A stretch of DNA of 64,000 nt from an uncultured virus (IMG/VR IMGVR_UViG_3300047474_000681) (taxonomy: Duplodnaviria > Heunggongvirae > Uroviricota > Caudoviricetes): the IMG/VR virus record IMGVR_UViG_3300047474_000681. One strand, given 5' to 3'. The notes under the pieces were generated by a model, which worked only from the letters and a program-made list of their open reading frames with translations, made no database searches and was not told where the DNA came from. The translations under genes and the position numbers were made by a program. Positions 1-12,000 of the stretch are shown here, one piece after another (the stretch's first letter is position 1; each line of letters begins with the position of its first letter).

Positions 1-1
1 C

Positions 2-3000
2 ATCTGTGCCAGGAATTTCATCTGTGCCTTCTACAAAATCAGATGCATCAATTCTTATACCGTTCCTGTAAACATTGTACTCGATTGTATCTTCTAAAGG
101 TTTTGACAATTCAATAGCAACTGTACTTCCATCTAATACAAAAATTTCATCTTCAAATGTATTTTCAAAAATATCCCAATTATCAGTATACCAACCTGAT
201 GTATCCCAGCCTGCTGGACCTGAGAAGTCAAAACTGCGTACTTCTACTCCGCCATAATCGATACCATCTAGTAACTGAGATAACTCTTTGCCAAACATAT
301 TTGCGCCTGGTTGATATGCAAATTTAATTCTATCTTCAGCACTTAATAAACTTATAGGTTTTGTATAATTTACTGTTATTACAGAATTTAGTTTAGGAGG
401 AACATTAAATTTAATTCTACCTCTTTCTCTATTATACGTTTTTGTTGTATCTTCAAAATTTTCATATGTATATTTGCTGCGTAATTGTAATACACCATCA
501 ACTAAAACTGAGACTTTTTTCAAATTAAGGTCCATTGGCCATATTAAATCGTATATTGATTTAGCTCCTGTACCCGTTAGCGTTTCTGTTTCTTCGAGCG
601 TATTAAAAGTGTAACTACCTGCGTTACGATCAAACTTCATTGCAACTTTAGTTGACCTTACTAGTCCGCCACCTAAAACTGCTGTTGCTTTTGCAGGAGT
701 GCCATCGTCAGTTTGTGAGCCTTCAATTACAACAGTTGGAGCACTTGTATATCCACTTCCCGGAGTAACAATTTCAATTTTAGTTATTTTTCCATAACCA
801 AGATATGCCTTTGCTGTTGCGCCGGAGCCGCCGCCGCCTTGTATTTTAACAATTGGTTCAAATGTCCACCCACTGCCGCTATCACCAATTTTAATTTCAG
901 TTATTTGTTGGCCTAGATTGTTTTTCCAATTTTGTCTTGGATTAATAGTACTATCTAAGTTTTCATTTACAATAACATTGTCTAATATACGTGCTGTGCT
1001 TGATTCAATTCGCCCTGTGTCTTCATTATATGCCGGGCTTAAATCAAAGTCAGTTGTTCGAGAACTAGTATTGTCAAGTACATCATAATTGCTTACAAAC
1101 TCTCTTAGTTTAGTTTTATAAGGTTTAAATTCTTCTACAAAATCTTGGTAACTTGACAAGTTATCATTATTAAACGTAATATCGTCTTGATTTAGTGTTC
1201 CTCTAATATGTTTTGCTTTTACAAAACTAGTTTTAAACAACCAATCTACAGTCGGTTGTTCTGCCATTAAATAGCGCAGTGAAGACATAAACAATTTATT
1301 GTATTCAACTTTTAAATTGCCTATGAAAATATTATCTCTAAGAGTTTCTAAAATAGTTCTTATTTCTTTAGCAGGATTATTATCATAGAAAGTGTTATCA
1401 AATCTTCTATTATCAAATCCTACAGTATTTTCAAGGAAATTATAAAGACTTTCTTTAAGTTTTATTGTTCCATTTTGTCTACCAATTGTTTCAAAATTTA
1501 CTGTATAATCTTCAGTTCTTTCATCAGCAACTTTTCTTAATAATAACCAACCGCCAGATCCAACATTATTAATTTTAACAACATCGTTAATAGTTAAATT
1601 TAAAGGAAATAGTTGATAAGATCCTTCAATACTAGTTGCAATTGGAGTAAATTGATTATAGCCTTCTGCATACCAATCTACATAATCCCAGTATAACGAT
1701 GTATCAAAACTTTGTAATGCTCGTCTATACCATTCTTTGGTACCATTGTTGTATGAATATAAAGACCATTTGCCATTAATATTAGCATCTGCTGTTACTA
1801 ATACTGTAAATGGTCTAACACTAATTGATGTTTGGTCGTTATATCCTATACCGTCATCAACAACAGTTGCTGATGTAATTTGTCCTAGGTTATTAATTTC
1901 AACCTTAATATCTGCATCTTTGCCTGCACCAATAACTTTTATTTTAGGAGCTACTTTATAGCCGCGCCCTGGATTATCTATATTAACTCTTACAAGGTTG
2001 CCATTTACAATAACAGGAGTTAGTGCAGCAGTCTCTAATTTATTAGTACTAATATACTGTAATTCATCTATACTGTCAACACTTAAATCCCATACTTGAG
2101 AACTAATTGTAGGAATTTCATCTTTATACGATAAGCTAGTTAAATCATATTCGTCAGTAATTAAGTTTTCTTCTAAAACTATATTAATTCTTTCAACTGC
2201 CTGTTTTAATGCTTCAGTTCTATTAACAAATAAACTCTGTCTAGGTCTAGACTGGACACCGTATCTCATGCTTACTGGAATGTTTGGATCAGGAACCGCT
2301 TTACCATTGCTGTCAAAGCCAATTAAACTATCAAACCATTTGCGCTCTAGATCAGGATCTGGTACACTATCGCTAGATCCGTCAGCAAACAACTTATATT
2401 GATTATGATAATTTTGTGCAACTTTTTCTAACGTGTGGTACTTAATTTGCAGAACAATGTCATCGCCTTGTACTAAATCGTTACAGTTGTTAAGAACAAA
2501 TTTGTCTTTTCCTAAGAAACTTAAAAATTTATATCCAGCAGTTCTTGGATCAGTAATTAAACTTGCAATTGTGATAGTATTAAGTTTTCTGCCAACTGGA
2601 ATAGTTCTTTTATTAATTACCCAATAATAGTATTTTCTACTAAATGTCTTGCTTATATTATCATAAGTAATTTTTGTAGAATATCTAGCATCGCCGTAAA
2701 TTGACACTCCACTTACACCATTACTAGTTCCTTCTACTGATCCTGATAACTCGTCCCAACGACTTGGTAAGAAAACACTTTCTACCCATTCGCAAACAAT
2801 AATAGCAGAACTTGGTGTTAATTTATTCCAATTATCTCTTTGGAAAGTTGTTGAACCTTGATAAGGATTAACAAATTTAGCTGTTTGGGTATTCCACCAA
2901 ACTTTACCAACATACTTGTCAGTCCATCCTAAATCAGGTTCGACTAATGGATCAGCTATTGTTCCTGTATTATAAAACGCAGGATCAGCTGGTAACTTAT

Positions 3001-6000
3001 AAGATATTTCTTGTTCAGCCGGGCCTGGTATTTTACCTTGTATAACATCAACATAATCAATGTATGAAACAACACTATTAGTTCTCTTATTGTAAACAAG
3101 TACTCCATCAAGTTGATTAATATCTACAGGAGTAATACCTTGGCTTATTACACTCCATGATCGTGTATTAGGTTTCTTTCTATAATTAAGCAAAATACCT
3201 TTATGATCTCTGCCATCAACATACTGGGTTGGAACACCTACATATGCATGATTGTTTATTGAATAAACGTTTTCACCAAATGTAGTTTGTGTCATTGGAT
3301 AAACAAACTGTTCACCGTATACTAAAGTAGTACCAATTTTTTCATAAACATAAACTAGGCCTCTGTCTAGTTTTGTATTTTTAAATGTAGTAAATTCTTT
3401 ATCAAATGTAGTTTGAATTTCATTATCTTTATCAAAGGTTGTTGGTATTTTTTGATCGCCGTTTAAACTTGAAATAAGTAAATCGTCTTTTCCAAAATCA
3501 ACGCTAAATCCAAATTTTTCACTTTCTTCGTTACTAGGTGATTTGATTGTTTGAGATGGCCTAAAGATGCCGTCACTGTTTTGTGTCCAAATATATACTA
3601 CGCCTTGATTAACTTTAACGTCATCGTTTAATGGAGCACCGATTGCTATTTGTGTTCCATCCGGGCTTAATGATACTGATTTTGCCCAATCATCACCATC
3701 AACGGGTGCCGGTATAACTTGTGATACTGAATATTTGTTATCAATTTCTCTATATACGACTATGTTATAGTCAGTAGTGCTGTCCGCCTGTGCTAACTTT
3801 GTTGTTACAATTAATACATTTGAATCATCACTTACATCAAAACTTTCACTAAATTCTAATATATTTTCTAACGGATCAAATACTGTTTCATCATAAAATG
3901 CATTTGCAGTTAAATTTGGCAAGTATCCTACATAATCAATTCTTGTAGTTAATGCTGTCCAAGAATTATTTGTATTCGAAGGAACAGCACTAGCAGCATC
4001 AATATTAGTTGTTGCTTTCCATAGATCATTATTATATGAGACTATATTATTTTGTCTGTATGCATATGCGTTATTAAATTCGCCCATAAACTCAGGATCT
4101 TTTCCGTAGCGCCAACTAATTTTATTCCAATATACTGTGTTTAATATTTCATTCATAGTTTCTGGAACATCTTTTAGTGCTTCATAATAATCATCTTTAT
4201 AAAGAACTACATCTCCTTTAGAATATGCATTTAATCTATATACACCAAGGAATTCTTGCTGAGGTGATACGCCGTGACGGAATATTTCAATTGAGCCTGG
4301 TTGTGTTCTTCTACCTGCAGAATCATTTTCTGCAATGCCGCTGTCGCTTTTACTTCCTACTAATAATGTATAGTAATTTCCAGACTGTACTATCTTAACT
4401 TTGCTACCAAACTGTCTGTTATTTGCTCTATACTCAGATACAAATATATCTTTAATTCTATATGTACCGTTATTCAATCTTCTATATATTGCAACAGCAC
4501 CTTCGTTTGTTAAATCATTGGATATTCCTAATTCCATAGCAGGAATATTAAACACTTGTGTATAATCTTTGTTTAAACTAAACGGAGGATTAGAACTTCT
4601 AGATATTCCTGACTCAGTAACTTCAGTAAAGAATGCATATTCTTCATCAACTATTTCAGGATTAGATACAATATCAAAATTAGAAGTATGTTCAAACACT
4701 ACTAATTTTCCAACTAAATTAGTTTGGAGTGCAATATCGTTGTTTACATCTTGTACTGTACCACATACACGATCAGTATCTGTTGCGCCTCTTAGTACAG
4801 TATTTGCTTTTCTTCTAATTTCATATTTTCCAATATTAGACTGTTCAACAAAATCGCCAGTTAACACTTTTAAATACAATCTAACACTATTAAAGTTGCG
4901 CTGTACATATACAACCGATGCTGTACTTGTAGTAATTGTTGTTAATGCTAATCCACCCTGTCCATCTTTTGGACTTTGTACATCTTCAATTATATCGTTA
5001 ACTTGTGGTTGGAAGGCAAATCCATTAAAATCAAACTCACTAAGAGTCATATCAATATATCCGTCCCATAGATCAATAACAGTATGTTGCTGGTTTAAAA
5101 CATCGTACGATAAACCAGCAGCATCTAAATCAATATCTCTATTATCAAGATTATAAAAATCAAAGTTTGGAGTAGCGCCGATATCAAGTTGATCCGAATA
5201 TTGTTTGCCAACTCTTACTACCCATTTATTACTTGGTTGATCTGCTTCAACACCGTCTTGTCCGTCAGCAGGTGTTGGATCTCCGCGATATGACAAGTGT
5301 GATAAAAAGCTAACTCTATTTTTATTTGTTACATATACGCCAATGTCACCTACTGTGGCTTGAACATTATAGTATAAATTAGTGTCGCGCACTGATGATT
5401 GTAATAAAACATCAGCATATACTAGTCCTCTTCCTACATCATAATAACGTGAATTATTATTATATGTCGGCGTTGCTATTTGCCAATATCCGCCAACTGC
5501 CTCTGATGTAGAATATGTATCTTCTTCAGTATAAAATCCTACAAAATCAGTATCGTCAATGTAAAGTTCGCCTGATATATCAAAAATACCATTTGAATTT
5601 TTAAGATATATAACTGCACTGTCACCTTTAAATGCAACATAAGATACATCTGCACTACCTGTATCGGTAGTTATACGTTGACCTACTACAGGCAATGTTA
5701 CAAAAGTATCAACAAACATAATATGGTCAATTTTTTCTAAAATAGTATGTTCGGCTGTAATAAATGCAGTATTAAGTTCTGGTATTTCTCCATCAAACGG
5801 TATATAATTATCTAAAGTTGGATATGTAAAGCTACGTTGGTTCCAGAATAAATTAACCCTATCACCAACAGATGTGCCTAAATATTGATCTTTAGGAGCA
5901 CGTACTAACATATGATCTGTGTTAGCATAATTTGTTAATCCAGGATTACCTGCAACTAATAAATTTAGTGTTGTGCTATCTGCGTCTGCAGAACTTGCAA

Positions 6001-9000
6001 TATTAGTATAAGAGTCAAACGTTGAAAAAGGCTGACTAGCTATCTCAGGTAAAATTTCTCTATTAGCTTTCCATAAACTTTCTCTATAACGTATTATATC
6101 ACCCTTAACATAACTAGCATCAGGTTGGAAATCAAATGTCTGTTGACCATTGCCGTCATCTTTATATGCTAACTTAGTTTTAATATTACTTGCTTTTGGA
6201 ATACCAACAACTAAGTATTCGCCATCAGGTGAAACATCTATGCTTTTACCAAAGTCGCAACTAGCTGGATTAAACAAATTAGTTTCATCAATAGTTATTT
6301 CTTGTGCTAAATTTAAATTAGCTACATCTCTTGATCTTCTGTAATATGAAATTTGTCCGTTACCTGCATTAGGTGCTGAAACAAAGACATTATTATTATT
6401 ACTTGTTACTGCAATGCTATCAGAAAACCCTTGATCTGTACTGTCGTAATCTGCTGGATTTTCAAGTGTTTGTTGATTAGTATAAGCAGGGCTGTTTTCT
6501 AATACTGCCCAGTCATCGTCATATTTGTCAATCCAGAGCTTTTGTCCTTCGTATAAATTTTGTCCAACTACACTGTTAATTTCTGAAACTGTAGGGATTC
6601 TAACAGAAATTAATCTAACTATAAGAAACGCTTCGCTGTCAAATACATTAATATCGTTATCTAACGGTACTTCAATTACTACCTTGTCTAATAATACAGC
6701 AGCTACTTTATAAAGACCATTAAGGTCATATTTATTTGCAGCTTTAAATCCTATATAATCATCGACGTCGATTGCATTATCAACCCATGCATCTGTAGTA
6801 ATTTCAACCCTAATATATCCTGGAGTTAAATTTCCATCTACAGGAATATTTACAACCTTAGTTAGTTCAATGCAATTTACATTTGGTGTTGTTAGCTGTG
6901 CAACGTCCCAATCATCATTAGCAGTATTTGTAATCCAAACTGTTTGTCCTAAACCTATTTGGTTTATATTAACACGAGTTAAAGTTGAAATGTCTCCTGC
7001 AAGGAAATTAACATCCTCGTTTCTTACATATCCGCCTGTTTTTACAAATTCTCTATCTAATACTTTTGTAGGGAACGGAGTGTGTTCATACCCTTCTGGT
7101 TTGCTGTAAACTTCGTTTGGTAATATTCTATAATGGTTGTCAACATTTGTAGGTGGTAATTTTTTTACAAGTTCAAATGCTTGAGAATTCTCTACAAACT
7201 TTTTGTCATTAAGTTGAAATTCAACTTGTTGTACATCTTCTGTTGAACCAAATCGTCCTGTTTGTATTGCCCATTCTTCATAAAATTCTAAAGTATCTTG
7301 AGTGTTGCCTAATGCATCAAACAGATTAGTAAACACTCGCATAGTACCTTTGTCAGAAATAGCACCTCTGTAAAACTTATATTGACTTACATCGTCGTTG
7401 ATAATATTGGCAAGATATTGACGTTTTTGATATCCAAACAAATGTTGTGCCATTTTTTGTTGTTCACTATCAAAGTTGTCAGAGTCTAAATCATAAAAAT
7501 CTGCAAATTGATTAATTCTATAATCAAAGTTTGTTATTAATTCAGGTACTGGCTTTTCATTTAATCTATACCAAAAATTAGGATTAAATTTTTCTTCGCC
7601 AATAACATTTCTTAATGCTACATAATAAAACTGTTTATATTTTACAAGATCGCCAATTGTATAGTCTTTCCATTTTTCCCAATCGCCGTACTTTGCATCG
7701 TCAAATATAAATCCTGGAATATTTAATCCACCATTCCAGTTATCAGATCTATATCCGTTAACACGGATTCTTTCTTGTCTATAACCAGTACTTGGATTAT
7801 ATATAGTATCGTTGAATACTGTTTTATTGTCTAATAGTACAACATGTTCTTTCTGCACTAATGGCAATGATGCATGATATAATCCGTCATCTGTATTTGT
7901 TATTTCAATTCCAAAAGAATTTTTATCTCTTAATAAACTACTAAAGTTTGAATCTAAGAATTCTCCAGAAGCCTTAAGAATTGAATATCCGTAAAATTCA
8001 TCTTTTATATCATCAACTACATGGTAATCTTTCTTAAATCTTAAAAAGTTTGCTCCTGGACTTAATGCAATTAATGCTGTTGCAGCCCAACCTTGAGTTG
8101 TCCAATACATAAATTCTTTAGTTGAAGTATTCCAATTTTCTACAACATTTGCTTCTGAATCAAATTTATCAAACGCAAAACCTATATCTTCTAAACGTGC
8201 AGCATATCCTAACAGAAAATCAACAGTGTCCTGCACTGTATTAAATTTTGATCCATAACTTAGTTTTTTAACTGTTGTTCTCTTAAAATCCTTTTTGAAC
8301 TTTGCTGTCCTGCCGCCTTCTACAGGCAGTGCCGGCAGTTTAACTGTGTTGGTATCAAACGTTTCATCTATACTTCCGCCAGTAATAAAATTACTAACAG
8401 CTCTAAAATAATTATTTCCAGCAAATATTACTTCGCCTGATCTGTATTGAGTATTAGATGCAAACTCAGATGCTCTTACATTTCTGCCACCAACTGTAAC
8501 TTCATAAAAAGAAGCTCCAGGTACTGTTTCATAGTATTCAAAATAAGGTTTTTCTATACTATATCCTCTAAGTACATATCCTACGTCTGCCTTTTCTATA
8601 ATAACACCACTGTATGTTGCTAATTCTGTTGCACTACTTGTGTTTAGAAAAACTTGATAATTTTCTTGGGGTATAAAAATGCCGTCACGTGTAAGAGACT
8701 GTGTTGGCGATCTGCTATCTAAAATTAAATTAAAGTTTTCTTTGCTTGTAAATCCAGCAATTTTTACTCCTATTTGGTTATCTAAGTTTTTCAAATCATT
8801 TTGATAGCTGTTATATACTGTTAGGATGTCACTAGCAACTAAGTTATAAATGTAATTTACAAAACCCGATGTCATTGTTCTTGAAGCAGACTCGTTAGTA
8901 TTGGGAACCAAAAAGTCTTTCATTACTATTTGCTTATTGGTTTCAGTATATGCCCATTGACCTACTAAGTTTCTAGTTGTTCTAGAAACATCAAATCCTA

Positions 9001-12000
9001 AACCCATTGTTTTTGCAGGATTATTTACTAACATTGCTTTCATAACAGCAAATGGATATTCAGAACTTTTGCGCCATGCATTTTCTACAGGATTTTGATC
9101 ACCAAATTTAAAATTTCTTACAGTACGATTCAAAACAAAATCTTGTACGTAGCCTGATCGCAACGGTGACATTAAAGAACCATTTTGACCAACTGGTAAA
9201 TGTCCTGTTATGCCAGGTCGAGCAATTTTTTCATCTACTGTAATATTCTCTGGATTTGCTATTCTGCCTTCTTCAATGTTTTTCCACAATATTAAATTAT
9301 CGCTTGTATACGGCGCAGGACCATATACTGTATTCCACCAAGACGGTTTTGAACTAAAGCCTTGAATTTCCCAAGGATGGCTGTGAGGACGATCTGTATC
9401 GTATGCATGTTGGTATATGCCTCTCCAAAATCCTGGATTCTCATTACCGTTTGGAGAATTTGTATCTGAGTAGTTAAATGTCCAATCATTATTTCTATCA
9501 TAAAAAGTATTATTACTAAAATTTTGATTGTTTAAATTTGTTTGTAACCATTGTTGAAAGTCAGTTAGTAAAGCATTGTTTATATCTTGACGGCTAAAGT
9601 CATTTGTTTTATATTCGCCGCCAGTAAAGTGATTAACATCTAATCTGTCACTGGAATATTCAACTTTAATATTATTATAAATTCTTTTTTCAAATTCAAG
9701 TAGCAAACCATCTCTATAATCTTTATATGCTTTAATATAACTTCCGTCATGTCCTTTTACAAAAGCAACGCCAATTGGATATTCATTAATTTCAATATCA
9801 TCGTTTCCTGTAATAACTTGTGTGCTATCAATATTAGGAATGAATAATAATGTGTTTAAACCCTTAAATGTTATAGTATGTGCTTTTCCATCTGTTGACA
9901 TAGATTTTGCAATTGCCTTAGATGTATAAATTGGATATGTCCATCCAATTGTTTCTGTACTAATGTTTTCTTTTGATGTAGCTTCAATCTGTCCGTATAT
10001 TTTATATGGGCCAGTAACATTAGGATCTAAAGGATATGCAGGCTGTACAGTATCATCAATTACTATCATTGGATGATACTTAGGATACAGGCCTAACTTT
10101 GATGGTGTAGGAGCTATAAAAGATCCGTCTGAAGATTCGTATTCATATATTTCAATTATGTCGTTTTCTTTTTGGTTAGCAGTAATTGAAATATATCCTA
10201 CATTATTAAAATTATAATCTTTACCGTGTGTTAAAAGAGATTGGTTTAAGTAGACCAATAACCCTCTTGGCTGTAGCGAGTTTAATGTAAAACTGTCTGT
10301 TAAAGGATAATCTTGGATTCTTGAATCCAATACAGCGTATTCAATTCTGTTAGACGAACCATAGGGCATCATATCTGAGAAATAAAACGGCTGTGTCTTA
10401 ACTTTATCTTTATTAATAGTAGACAATACTAAGTCTACATGAGTCTTAGTTGCTCCGTCAAACCCTAAGTTAGTAGCAGTTTCAATAAAGTTTCTTTTAA
10501 ATTTTGCATATTCAGTTTTAGCATATTTTACTGCTTTAACAATATTAAAGTCTTTGCTTGTTACATGGTAAAGAGGCAAATTAATTGGACCACTGTGTTT
10601 TACAAAACGTTTACCGTAGCGATCTAAGTCGCCTAAATCTCTCAAGTTGTTGGGTCCTAAAAATTTACCAGTAAAATTTGGTAAATCTTCTAACATGCTA
10701 TCTACATGATCGATTACTTCGCCTAAAGTAAATTGTGTAATGTCTTCATTTAACGGATTTCTTTCTAAATTATACGGAAATTCGTAATACCCATTTGAAT
10801 TTTTTACTGTCTTAGAATCTGTTTTAATTTTAACAGTATCATTAACAACTAAGTCTGTTATAAATTGTATTTGTGCAAGTTTGCCGTCTGTGTTAATAAT
10901 ATAATCAGTATTTTTTAATTTTATTTTGTTGTTAACAAATACTGCAACTTTTAAATCAGTGATTGAAGATGATTCATCATATACATCTATATCAAAATTA
11001 TTAAGTTTTAAATCTGTTGCTACATATTCCTTTACTACAAACTGTTTAGATTTTTGAGGTGTCTTACTAAAACCATTTGCATAATCAAATGTAGATAAAG
11101 TTTTATATTTTTTTAAGTAACCAGCATTAATTGATCCGTTAATTACAGAATTATTTAATTCATATTCAAACGTATCATTTAATAAATCAAAACTAAACAA
11201 TATGTCACCTGAATTATCAATATTTCTATATGATAAAGGAATTCCTATTTCAGCATCTGCATTACCTTCGCCTACTGCATATGAAAATATCTTAGTTCCT
11301 TTAAAATCTGTTTGGGGATAATATACTGGGTCGCTATAACTATTGCCAGAATTATCGCAAACTTCAAATAACGGCGGCTGATTAGTTTTTGTTTTTTCTT
11401 GTGCTATTACCCATGCATCGCCATGATAGTGATAGCTCTTACCTGCATTTACTAAACCTTGTGTAACTAAAATAGTTTCAAGATCAATTGGATTTGTGTC
11501 AGCAGTTTCAATTAAAGATATTTGCCTATTGTTTCCAATATCAACATATTTGACTTTGAAAATTTTGCCACTAACTCGTATATCATTATCAGCTGTAAAT
11601 AAAATTCTCATCCCTTCAGCTAGATCAATACCGTCAATATTGTATCCTATTTGGCCTTCAATTGTGCTAAAAACATCAGTAGTGTAAGTGTCAATTAAAT
11701 CAACATCTTGTTTAGCACTTGCGCCAAAGTTATTAAGTTTTAGACCAGCTTCAAATTCAATAATAGGACGTAATGCTCTTTTTGACTCGTCTAAGTTTTC
11801 AGATACATTATTATAATCATAACTTGCTAAAATTACATCTTTATGATGCCAACAATTATACCTACTCCATGCATTCCTATCTTGACTTGCTCTATTAATA
11901 ACTATATAATCTTTAGTTGCAGCATAGTTTCCTGCATTTGAATAAGGCAAGGTATCAAATTCTTCGCTATCAAAAGGAACAGTTTTATTTTCACTATAGA